In this document: in pieces, positions 1 to 12,500 of the stretch
Position numbering within the stretch: the first letter of the stretch is position 1
Layout: every line of letters begins with the position of its first letter
Assembly (NCBI RefSeq): GCF_009914755.1
Contig: NC_060944.1
DNA: 64,000 bases
Direction: 5' to 3' (one strand)
Source: the human T2T-CHM13v2.0 reference genome, Homo sapiens
Position numbers and translations under genes: made by a program
Notes under the pieces: generated by a model
Seen by the model: the letters and a program-made list of their open reading frames with translations, nothing else
Database searches by the model: none
Told to the model about the DNA's origin: nothing

Positions 1-3000
1 AACACTCTTTTTGTAGAATCTACAACTGGACATTTGGAGCGCTTTGAGGCCTATGGTGAAAAAGGAAATATCTTCACATAAAAACTACACAGAAGCATTC
101 TCAGAAACTTCTTTGTGTTGTTTGCTTTCAACTCACAGAGTTGAACATTCGTTTTCATAGAGCAGTTTTGAAACACTCTTTTTGTAGTATTTGCAAGAGG
201 ATATTTGGACCGCTTTTGGGCCTTCGTTGGAAATGGGATATCTTCACAAAAACTAGACAGAAGCATTCTCAGAAACTTCTTTGTGATGTGTGCATCCAAC
301 TTTTTCTTTTGATAGAGCACTTTTGAAACTCTCTTTTTGTAGAATCTGCAAGTGGACATTTGGAGCTCTATGAGGTCTACAGTGAAAAGGAAATATCTTC
401 ACATAAAAACTTCACAGAAGCATTTTCAGAAACTTCTTTGTGTTGTGTGCACTCAACTCACAGAATTGAACCTTTCTTTTGTTAGAGCAGTTTTGAAACA
501 CTCTTTTTGGAGAATCTGCAAGTGGACATTTGGAGCGCTTTGAGGTCTGTGGTGAAAAAGGAAATATCTTCACATAAAACTAGACAGAAGCATGCTCACA
601 AACTTCTTTGTGATGTGTGCATTCCACTCACAGAGTTGAACCTTTCTTTTGATAGAGCAGTTTTGAAACACTCTTTTTGTAGCATCTGCAAGTGTTCATT
701 TGGAGCGCTTTGAGACCTAGTGTGGAAAAAGAAATATCTTCACATAAAAACTTGACAGAAGTATTCTCAGGAACTTCTTTGTGACGTGTGCATTCAACTA
801 ACAGAGTTGAACCTTTCTTTTGATAGAGCAGTTTTGAAGCACTCCTTTTGCAGGGTCTGCTAGTGGATATTTGGAGATTTTTCAGGCCTTTGTTGGAAAC
901 AGGAATATCTTCACATAAAAACTAGACAGAAGCATTCTCTGAAAGTACTTTGTGATGTATGCATTCAACTCACAGTATCGAACCTTTCTTTTTATAGAGC
1001 AGTTTTGAAACACTCCTTTTGTAGGATCTGCTAGTGTATATTTGGATCCCTTTTAGGCCTTTGTTGGAAACGGGAATTTCTTCACATAAAAACTAGACAC
1101 AAGCATTCTCAGCAACTGCTTTGTGATGTGTGCATTCAACTCACATAGTTGTAACTTTCTTTGGATAGAGCAGTTTTGAAAGACTCTTTTTGTAGGATCT
1201 GCAAGAGGACATTTGAATCTCTTTGAGGCCTATGGTGAAAAAGGAAATGTCTTCACAGGAAAACTTCACAGAAGCATTCTCAGAAACATCTTTGTGATGT
1301 GTGCATTCAACTCACAGAGTTGAACTTTTCTTTTAATAGAGCAGTTTTGGAAAACACTTTTTGTAGAAACTGCATGTGGACATTTGTAGCGCTTTGAGGC
1401 CTATGATGAAAAAGGAAATATCTTCACATATAAACGAGAGAGAAGCATTCTCAGAAACGTCTTTATGATGTCTGTGTTCAACTCACAGAGTTAAACCTTT
1501 GTGGTCATAGAGGAGCTTTGAAACACTCTTTTTGTAGAATCTTCAAGTGGACATTTGGAGCGCTTCGAGCCTGTGGTGAAAAAGGAAATATCTTCACATA
1601 AACACTACACAGAAGCATTTTCAGAAACTTCTTTGTGAAGTTTGCTTTCACCTCACAGAGTTGAACATTCCTTTTCATGGCGCAGGTTTGAAACACTCTT
1701 TTTGTAGAATTTGCAAGTGGATATTTGGATGGCTCTGAGGCCATTGTTGGGAAAAGAAATATCTTCAAATAAAAACTAGACAGAAGCATTCTCAGAAACT
1801 TCTTTGTGATGTGTGCATTCAACTCACAGAGTTGAACGGTTCTTTTGATGGAGCAGTTTTGAAACATTCTATTTGCAGAATCTGCAAGTGGACATTTAGA
1901 GTGCTTTGAGGCCTATGGTGAAAAAGGAAGTATCTTAACATAGAAACTACACGGAAGCATTCTGAGAATCTTTTTTGTGATGTGTGCATTCAATTCACAG
2001 AATTGAACCGTTCTTTTGATAGAGCTGTGTTGAAACACTCTTTTCGTAGAATCTGCAAGTGGACATTTGGAGCGTTTTGAGACTTATGGTGAAAAAGGAG
2101 CCATCTTCACATAAAAACTACACAGAAGCATTATCAGAAACTTCTTTGTGATGTATGCATTCAACTCACAGAGTTGAACCTTTCTTTTGATAGAGCAGTT
2201 TTGAAACACTCCTTTGTAGAATCTGCATGTGGACAGTTGGAGCGCTCTGAGGCCTGTGGTGAAAAAGGAAGTATCTTCACATAGAAACTACACAGAAGCT
2301 TTCTCTGAAACTCCTTTGTGATGTGTGCACTCAATTCACAGAGTTGAACCTTTCTTTTGGTAGAGCAGTTTTGAAACACTCTTTTTGTAGAGTCTGCAAG
2401 TGGACATTTGGAGTGCTTTGAGGCCTATGGAGAAAAAGGAAATATCTTCAAATAAAAACTACACAGAAGCATTCTCAGGAACTTGTTTGTGTTGTTTGAT
2501 TTCAATGCACAGAGTTGAACATTCCTTTTCATAGAGCAGTTTTGAAACCCTCTTTTTGTAGAATTAGCAAGTGGATATTTCTACCGCTTTGAGGAATTCA
2601 TTGGAAAAGGAATATCTTCACAAAAACTAGACAAAAGCATTCCCAGAAACTACTTTGTGATGTGTGCATTCCACTCACAGAGTTGAAACTTTCTTTTGAT
2701 AGAGCAGTTTTGAAACACTCTTTTTGCAGAATCTGGAAGTGGACATTTGTAGCGCTTTGAGGCCTATGGTGAAAAAGGAAATATCCTCACATAAAAACTA
2801 TACAGAAGCATTCTCAGAAACTTCTTTGTGATGTGTGCATTCAACTCACAGAGTTGAACATTTCTTTGATAGAGCAGTTTTGAAACAATCTTTTTATAGG
2901 GTATGCAACTGGATATTTGGAGGGCTGTGAGGCCTATGGTGAAAATGGAAATATCTTCACATAAAAACTACACAGTAGCATTCCAATAAACTTCTTTTGT

Positions 3001-5494
3001 TGTTTGCTTTCAACTCACAGAGTTGAATATTCCTTTTCATAGAGCAGTTTTGAAACACTGTTTTTCAGAATTTGCAAGTGGATATTTGGACTGCTGTGAG
3101 GCCTTCGTTGGAAACGGGATATCTTCACATAAAAAGTAGACAGAAGCAATCTCAGAAACTTCTTTGTGACTTTCATGTCACAGAGTTGAACATTCCTTTT
3201 CATAGAACAATTTTGAAACACTCTTTTTGTAGAATTTGCAAGTGGATATTTGGACTGCTTTGAGGCCTTCGTTGGAAACGGTATATCTTCATATAAACTA
3301 CACAGAAGTACTCCCAGAAACTTCTTTGTGAGGTGTGCTTTCAACTCACATAGTTGAACCTTTCTTTTGATAGAGCAGTTTTGAAACACTCTTTTTGTAG
3401 AATCTGCAAGTGGACCTTTGGACCACTTTGCGGCCTTATTTGGATAAAGGGTATCTTCACGTATAAACCAGACAGAAGCATTCTCAAAAACATCTTTATG
3501 ATGTCTGGGTTAAACTCACAGAGTTAAACCTCTGTTTTCATAGAGCAGCTTTGAAACACACTATTTGTGGAATCTGCAAATGGACATTTGGAGCGCTTCT
3601 AGGCCTGTGGTGAAAAAGGAAATATCTTCACATAAAAAATACACAGAAGCATTTTCAGAAACTTCTTTGTGATGTGTGCATTCAACTCACAAAGTTGAAC
3701 ATTCCTTTTCATAGAGCAGTTTTGAAACACACTTTTTGCAGAATCTGCAAGTGAATATTTCGAGCCCTTTGTGGCTTATACTGAAAAACGAAGTATCTTA
3801 ACATAAAAACTACACAGCAGCATTCTCAGAAACTTCCTTGTGATGTGTGCATTCAACTCACAGAGTTGAACCTTTCTTTTGATAGAGCACTTTTGAAACA
3901 CTCTTTTTGTAGAATCTGCAAGTGGACATTTGGAGCGCTTTGAAACCTATGGTGAAAAAAGAAACAACTTCACATAAAAACTACACCGAAGCATTCTCAG
4001 AAACTTCTTTGTGATGTGTGCATTCAACTCACAGAGTTGAACCTTTCTTTTGGTAGAGCAGTTTTGAAACACTGTTTTGGTAGAATCTGCATGTGTGGAC
4101 AGTTGGAGCTCCTTTATGCCTGTGGTGAAAAAGGAAATATCTTCACATAAAAACGGACAGATGCATTCTCAGAAACTTAATTGTGATGTGTGCATTCAAC
4201 TCACAGGGTTGAACCTTTCTTTTGATAAAACAGTTTTGAAACACAGTTTTTATAGAATCTGAAAGTGAACATTGGAGCCCTTTGTGGCCTATGGTGAAAA
4301 AGGACATATCTTTACCTGAGAACCACACAGAAGCATTCTCAGAAACTTCTTTGTGGTGTTTGCATTCACCTCGTTCTTTTGATGGAGCAGTTTTGAAACA
4401 CTCATTTTGTAGTATCTGCAAGTGAACATTTAGAGCGCTTTGTAGCCTATGGTGAAAAAGGAAATATCTTCACATAAAAACTACACAGAAGCATTCTCAG
4501 AAACTTCTTTGTGATGTGTGCATTCAACTCACAGAGTAGAACCTTTCTTTTGATAGAGCAGATTTGAAACACTCTTTTTATAGAATATGTAAGAGAACAT
4601 CTGGAGCGCTTTGAGTCCTCTGGTGAAAAAGGAAGTAACTTTACATAAAAACTAGACAGAAGCATTCCCAGAAACTTATTTGTGATGTGTGCATTCAACT
4701 CACAGAGTTGAAACTTTCTTTTATTAGAGCAGTTTTGAAACACGCTTTTTGTAGAATCTTCAAGTGGATATTCGGAGCGCTTTGAAGCCTGTGGTGAAAA
4801 AGGAAATATCTTCACATAAAAACTAGACAGAAGCATTCTCAAAAACTTCTTTGTGATGTGTGCATTCAACTCACAGAATTGAACTTTTCTTTAGGTAGAG
4901 CAGTTATGAAACAGTCTTTTTCTAGGATCTGCAACTGGACATTTAGAGGGTTTTGAGGCCTATGGTGAAAAAGGAAATATTTTCACATAAAAAATACACA
5001 GAAGCATTCTCAGCAGCTTCTTTGTGTTGTTTGCCTTCAACTCACAGAGTTGAAGATTACTTTTCATGGAGGAGTTTTGAAACAATCTTTTTGTAGTATT
5101 TGCAAGTGGATACTTGGAATGCTTTGAGGCCTTCGTTGGAAAGGGGATATCTTCACAAAAACTAGACAGAAGCATTCCCAGAATCTTCTTTGTGATGTGT
5201 GCATTCAATGCACAGTGTTGAACCTTTCTTTTGATAAAGCAGTTTTGAAACTCTCTTTTTGTAGAATCTCCAAGTGGACATTTTGAGCGCTTTGTGGCCT
5301 CTGTTGAAAAAGGAAATATCTTCACATTAAAACTTGACAGAAGCATTCTCAGAAACCTCTTTGTGTTGTGGGCATTCAACTCACAGATTTGAACCTTTCT
5401 TTTGATAGAGCAGTTTGAAACAGTCTTTTTGTAGGATCTGAAAGTGGACATTTGGAGCGTTTTGAAGGCTGTGGTTTAAAAGGAAATATCTTGA
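1..5494 (+). repeat. Alpha satellite, divergent A/B monomers (SF5-like), layer 1
   Basis: ~171-bp recurrence of CATTCTCAGAAACTTCTTTGTGATG...GAGCAGTTTTGAAACACTCTTTTTGTAGAATCTGCAAGTGG. A boxes (TGGTGAAAAAGG) dominate, with mostly degenerate B boxes. The satellite call is certain; the SF5 assignment is inferred from irregular A/B alternation. Confidence 0.97.
3103..3119 (+). promoter_or_regulatory. CENP-B box (representative intact copy, layer 1)
   Basis: CTTCGTTGGAAACGGGA matches the nTTCGnnnnAnnCGGGn core. Other intact cores start at 9957, 11996, 14532, 15038, 16059, 21960 and 26683. Confidence 0.9.
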
Positions 5495-6586
5495 TGTCTA
5501 AAACGCCAAAAGTAATGGCAACAAAAGCCAAAATTGACAAATGGCATCTAATAAAACTAAAGAGCTTCTGCTCAGCAAAAGAAACTACCATCAGAGTGAA
5601 CAGGCAACCTACAAATTGGGAGAAAATTTTCACAACCTACTCATCTGACAATGGGCTAATATCCAGAATCTACAATGAACTCAAACAAATTTACAAGAAA
5701 AAAAGAAACAACCCCATCAGAAAGTGGGCAAAGACCTGAACAGACACTTCTCAAAAGAAGATATTTATGCAGCCAAAAATCAAATGAAAAAGTGCTCACC
5801 ATCACTGGCGATCAGAGAAATGCAAATCAAAATCACAATGAGATACCATTTCACACCATTTAGAATGGCAATCATTAAAAAGTCAGGAAACAACAGGTGC
5901 TGGAGAGGATGTGGAGAAATAGGAACACTTTTACACTATTGGTGGGACTGTAAACTAATTCAACCATTGTGGCAGTCTGTGTGGCGATTCGTCAGGGATC
6001 TAGAACTAGAAATACCAATTGACCCAGCCATCCCAATACTGGGTATATAACCAAAGGACTATAAATCATGCTGCTATAAAGACACATGTACACGTATGTT
6101 TATTGTGGCATTATTCACAGTAGCAAGGACTTGGTACCTACCCAAAGGTCCAACAACGACAGACTGGATTAAGAAAATGTGGTAGATATACACCATGGAA
6201 TACTATGCAGCCATAAAAAATGATGAGTTCATGTCCTTTGTAGGAACATGGATGAAAATGGAAATCATCATTCTCAGTAAATTGTCACAAGAACAAAAAA
6301 CTAAAAACCGTACATTCTCACTCATAGGTGGGAATAGAACAATGAGAAAACATGGACACAGGAAGGGGAACATCACACTCTGGGGACTGTGGTGGGGTGG
6401 GGGGAGGGGAGAGGGACTGCATTGAGAGATATACCTAATGCTTGATGAAGAGTTAGTGGGTGCTGCACACCAGCATGCCACATGTATACACATGTAACTA
6501 AGCTGCACATTGTGCACTTGTACCCTAAAACCTAAAGTATAATAATAATAAATAAATAAATAAGTAGAATAAAAAGAAAAAAAAGA
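5490..6586 (+). mobile_element. LINE-1 #1, 5'-truncated (~1.1 kb), L1PA3/L1PA4-like
   Basis: ORF2 C-terminal peptides ([45 protein letters not shown]), L1 3'UTR with G-rich tract at ~6383-6415 and A-rich tail at ~6541-6586. TSD AAAAGGAAAT(A/T)TCTT(G/C)A at 5478-5494 and 6587-6603. The 3'UTR has GGGGAACATC, GAGTTAGTGG, GCACACC and CACATTG states. Confidence 0.95.
5494..6338 (+). pseudogene. L1 ORF2 C-terminal remnant (cysteine-rich region), disrupted
   Basis: Split across ORFs 5452-5739, 5724-6050 and 6195-6425. Frameshift near 5731, premature stops at 6048-6050 and ~6183-6185. Confidence 0.9.
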
Positions 6587-9500
6587 AAAAGGAAATTTCT
6601 TCACATAAAAACTAGACAGAAGCATTCTCAGAAACTTCTTAGTGATGTTTGCTTTCCACTCACAGAGTTGAACATTCCTTTTCATAGATCAGTTTTGAAA
6701 CACTCTTTTTGAAGAATTTCCAAGTGGATATTTGGACAGCCTTGAGGCCTTGTTTGGAAACGGGATATCTTCACAAAAACAACACAGAAGCATTCTCAGA
6801 AACTTCTTTGTGATGCGTGCATTCAACTCACAGAGTTGAACCTTTCTTTTGATAGAGCAGTTTAGAAACACTCCTTTAGTAGAATCTGCAAGTGGACATT
6901 TGGAGTGCTTTGAGGCCTATGGTGAAAATGGAAATATCTTCACATAAAAACTAGACAGAAGCATTCTCAGAAACTTCTTTGTGATGTGCGCATTCAACTC
7001 ACAGAGTTGAACCTTTCTCTTGATAGAGCAGTTTTGAAACACTCTTTTTGTAGAATCTGTAAGGGGACATTTGAGCGCTTTGAAGACTATGGTGAAAAAA
7101 GAAATATCTTCACATAAAAACTACACAGAAGCATTCTCAGAAAATTCTTTGTGATATTTGCTTTCACCTCACAGAGTTTAACTTTCCTTTTCATAGAGCA
7201 GTTTTGAAAAACTCTTTTTGTAGAATTTGCAAGTGGATATTTGGACCGATATGAGGCCTTCGTTGGAAATGGGATATCTTCACAAAAACTAGACAAAAGC
7301 ATTTCCAGAAATTTCTTTGTGATGTGTGCATTCAACTCACAGAATTGTACCTTTCTTTTTATAGAGCAGATTTGAAACACTCTTTTTGTAGAATCTGCAA
7401 GTGGACATTTGTAGCGCTTTTAGGCCTATGGTGAAAAAGGAAATGTCTTCACAAAAAACTAGACAGAAGAATTCTCAGAAACTTCATTGTGATGTGTGCA
7501 TTCAACTCACAGAGTTGAACCTCTCTTTTCATAGAGCAGTAATGGAACACTCTTGTAGAATCTGCAAGTGGACCTTTGGAGCGCTTTGAGGCCTGTGGTG
7601 AAAAAGAAAATATGTTCATATAATACTACACAGAATCATTCTCAGAAACTTCTTTGAGATGTTTGCTTTCAACTCACAGAGTAGAACATTCCTTTTCATA
7701 GAGCAGTTTTGAAACACTCTTTTTGTAGAATTTGCAAGTGGATATTTGGAACGCTTTGAGGCCTTCTTTGGAAACCTGATATCTTCACAAAAACTGGACA
7801 GAAGCATTCTCAGAAAATTCTTTGCGATATGTGAACTCAACTTACAGAGTTGAACCGTTCTTTTGATAGAGGAGCTTAGAAACACTCTTTTTATGGAATA
7901 TGCAAGTGAACATTTGGAGCGCTTTGAGGCCCATGGAGAAAAAGGAAATATCTTCACATAAAAACTACAAAGAAGCATTCTCAGAAACTTCTTTGAGATG
8001 TTTGCTTTCCACTCACAGAGTTGAACATTCCTTTTCATAGAGCAGTTTTGAAACAACCTTTTAGTAGAATTTGCAAGTGGATATTTGGAACACTTTGAGG
8101 CCTTCTTTGGAAACGGGATATCTTCACAAAAACTAGACAAAAGAATTCCCAGAAACTTCTTTGTGATTTGTGCATTCAACTCTTTTTTTTTATAGAGCAG
8201 TTTAGAAACACTCTTTTTGTGGCATCTGCAACTGGATTTTGGAGTGCTTTGAGGCCTAAAGTGAAAAAGGAAATATCTTTACCTAAAAGCTAGACAGAAG
8301 CATTCTCAGAAACTTCTTTGTGATGTGTGCATTCAACTCTCAGAGTTGAATATTACTTTTCATAGAGCAGTTTTGAAACACTCTTTTTGTAGAATCTGCA
8401 AGAGGACATTTGGAGCACTTGGAGGCCTATGGTGAAAAAGGAAATATCTTCACATAAAAACTAGACAGAAGCATTCTCAGAAACTTCTTTATGATGTGTG
8501 CACTCAACTCGCAGAGGTGAACCTTTCTTTTGATAGAACAGTTTTGAAACTCTTTTTTTATGGAATCTGCAAGTGGACATTTGAAGAGCTTTGTGGCCTT
8601 CGTTGGAAACTGGAATATCTTCACATAAAAACTAGACAGAAGCATTCTCAGAAACATCTTTGTGATGTATGCATTCAACTCACAGAGTTGAACATTCCTT
8701 TTCATAGAGCAGTTTTGAAACACTTTTTTTTTTTAGTATGTGCCAGTGGACATTTGGAGCGCTCTGAGGCCTTTGTTGAAAAAAGAAATATCTTCACATA
8801 AAAACTAGACAGAAGCATTCTCAGAAACTTCTTTTTGATGTGTGTACCCACCTCACAGAGTTGAACATTTCTTTTGATTGAGAAGTTTTGAAACACTCTT
8901 TTTGTAGAATCTACAACTGGACATTTGGAGTGCTTTGAGGCCTATGGTGAAAAAGGAAATATCTTCACATAAAAACTACCCAGAAGCATTCTCAGAAACT
9001 TCTTTGTGTTGTTTGCTTTCAACTCACAGAGTTGAACATTCCTTTTCATAGAGCAGTTTTGAAACACTCTTTTTGTAGAATTTGCAAGAGGATATTTGGA
9101 TCGCTTTTAGGCCTTCATTGGAAACTAGACAAAAGCATTCTCTTCACAAAAACTAGACAGAAGCATTCTCAGAAACTTCTTTGTGATGTGTGCATTCAAC
9201 TTTTTCTTTTGATAGAGCACTTTTAAAACTCTCTTTTTGTAGAATTTGCAAGTGGAGATTTAGATCTCTCTGAGGTCTACGGTGAAAAAGGAAATATCTT
9301 CACATAAAAACTTCACAGAAGCATTTTCAGAAACTTCTTTGGATGTGTGCATTCAACTCACAGAGTTGAACCTTTCTTTTGTTAGAGCAGTTTTGAAACA
9401 CTCTTTTTGGACAATCCGCAAGTGGACATTTGGAGCGCTTTGAGGCCTGTGGTGAAAAAGCAAATATCTTTACATAAAACTAGACAGAAGCTTGCTCACA

Positions 9501-12500
9501 AACTTCTTTGTGATGCGTGCATTCCACTCACAGAGTTGAAACTTTCTTTTGATAGAGCAGTTTTGAAAAACTCTTTTTGTAGCATCTGTAATTGTTCATT
9601 TGGAGCGCTTTGAGGCCTACTGTGGAAGAAGAAATATCTTCACATAAAAACTTGACAGAATCATTCTCAGAAACTTCTTTGTGATGTGTGCATTCAACTC
9701 ACGGAGTTAAACTTTCCTTTTGAGAGAGCAGATTTGAAACACTCTTTTTGTAGTATCTGCATGTGTATATTTGAGCGATTTGAGGCTTATGGTGATAAAG
9801 GAAATATCCTCACATAAAAACTAAACAGAAACATTCACAGGAACTTTTTGTGATGTGTGCATTCAACTAACAGAGTTGAAGCTTTCTTTTGATAGAGCAG
9901 TTTTGAAGCACTCCTTTTGCAGAATCTGCTAGTAGATATTTGGAGATTTTTCAGGCCTTCGTTGGAAACGGGAATATCTTCACATAAAAACTATACAGAA
10001 GCATTCTCAGAAAGTACTTTATGATGTGTGAATTCAACTCACAGAATCGAACCTTTCTTTCGATAGAGCAGTTTTGAAACACTCCTTTTGTAGGATCTGC
10101 TAGTGGTTATTTGGATTTCTTTTAGGACTTTGTTAGAAACGGGAATTTCTTCACATAAAAACTAGACAGAAACATTCTCAGTAACTGCTTTGTGATGCAT
10201 GCATTCAACTCACATAGTTGAACCTTTCTTTTGATAGAGCAGCTTTGAAACACTGTTTTTGTAGAATCTGCAAGTGGACATTTGTAGCGCTTTGAGGCCT
10301 ATGGTGAAAAAGCAAATATCTTCACATGAAAACTGGACAGAAGCATTCTCAGAAACTTCTTTGTGATGTGTGCATTGAACTCACGGAGTTGAACATTTCT
10401 TTTGATAGAGCAGTTTTGAAACAATCTTTTTGAAGTATCTGCAACTGGACATTTGGAGGGCTTTGAGGCCTATGGTGAAAAACGAAATATCTTCACATAA
10501 AAACTACACAGAAGCATTCTCAGAAACATCTTTGTGTTGATTGCTTTCAACTAATAGAGTTGAACATTCCTATTCTTAGAGCACTTTTGAAACACTCTTT
10601 TTGTAGGGTTTGCAAGTGGATATTTGGACCACTTTGAGGCCTTTGATGGAAACGGGATATTTCACAAAAACTAGACAGAAGCATTCTCAGAAACTTCTTT
10701 GTGATGTGTGCATTCAACTCACACGGCTGAACATTTCTTTTGATATAGCAGTTTTGAAACACTCTTTTTGTAGCATCTGCAAGTGGACATTTGTAGCGCT
10801 TTGAGGCGTATGGGGAAAAAAGAAATATCTTCACATAAAAACAATACAGGAGCATTCTCAGAAAATTCTTTGTGATGTGGGCATTCAACTCACAGAGTTG
10901 AACCTTTCTTTTGAAAGAGCAGTTTTCATACACTCTTTATGTAGAATCTGCGTGTGGACATTTTGAGCGCTTTGAGGCCTGTGGTGAAGAAGGATGTATC
11001 TTCACATAAAAACTACAAAGAAGCCTTCTCAGAAAATACTTTGTGATGTTTGCTTTCAACTCACAGAGTTGAACATTCCTTTTAATAGAGCAGTTGCGAA
11101 ACACTCTTTTTGTGATATTTCCAAGTGGATATTTGGAACACTTTGAGGCCTTCGTTGCAAAAGCGATATCTTCACAAAAACTATACAGAAGCATTCTCAG
11201 AAACTTCTTTGTGATGTATGCACTCAACTAACCCAGTTGAACCTTTCTTTTGATAGAGCAGTTTTGAAACACTCTTTTTGTAGAATCTGCTTATGGATAT
11301 TTGGAGATTTTTGTAGCCTAAACGGGAATATCTTCACATAAAAACTAGACAGAAGCATTCTCAGAAAGTTCTTTGTGATGAGTGCTTTCAACTCAGAGAG
11401 TTGAACCATTCTTTAGATAGAGCAGTTTTGAAACACTCCACTTGTAGAATCTGCAAGTGGATATTTGGATCTCTCTGAGGCCTTCGTTGGAAACAGGAAT
11501 ATCTTCACTTAGAAACTAGACAGAAGCATTCTCAGAAACTGCCTAGTGATGTGTGCATGCAACACACAGAGTTGGACTTTTCTTTAGTTAGAGTAGTTTT
11601 GAAACACTCTTTTTGTAGAATCTGCAAGTGGACATTTGTTGCGCTTTGAGGTCTATGGTGAGAAAGCAAATATCTTCACATAAAAACTAGACCGAAGCAT
11701 TCTGAGAAACTTCTTTGTGATGTGTGCATTCAACTCACAGAGTTGATCATTTCTTTTAATAGAGCAGTTTTGAAACAATATTTTTGAAGTATCTGCAAAT
11801 GGACATTTGAAGAGCTTTGAGGCCTATGGTGAAAAACTATATATCTTCACATAAAAACTGCACAGAAGCATTCTAAGAAACTTATTTCTGTTGTTTGCTT
11901 TAAACTCACAGAGTTGAACATTCCTTTTCTTAGAGCACTTTTGAAACACTCTTTTTGTAGAATTTGCAAGTGGATATTTTGGAACATTTTGAGGCCTTCG
12001 TTGCAAACGGGATATCTTCCCAAAAACTAGACAGAAGCATTCTCAGAAACTACTTTGTCATGTGTGCACTCAACTCACCCAGTTGAACCTTTCTTCTGAT
12101 AGAGCAGTTTTGAAATACACTTTTTGTAGAATCTGCAAATGGACATTTGGAGCGCTTTGAAGCCAATGGTGAAAAAGGAATTCTCTTCACATAAGAACTA
12201 CACAGAAGCATTCTCAGAAACTTGTTTGTGACGTTTGCTATCAACTCACACAGTTGAACATTCCTTTTCATACAGCAGTTTTGAAACACTCTTTTTGTAG
12301 AATTTGCAAGTGGATATTTGGAACACTTTGAGGCCTTCATTGCAAACGGGATATCTTCACAAAAACTAGAAAGAAGCATTCTCAGAAACTTCTTTGTGAT
12401 GTGTGCATTCAACTCACAGTGTTGAGCCGTTCTTTTGTTAGAGCAGTTTTGAAACACGCTTTTTGTAGAATCTTCAAGTTGCCATTTGGAACGCGTAGAG

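Noticed and set aside
6383-6415. G-rich, potential G-quadruplex tract (also C-rich at ~16982-17015 and ~53443-53476)
   Set aside because: This is the standard L1 3'UTR polypurine tract.
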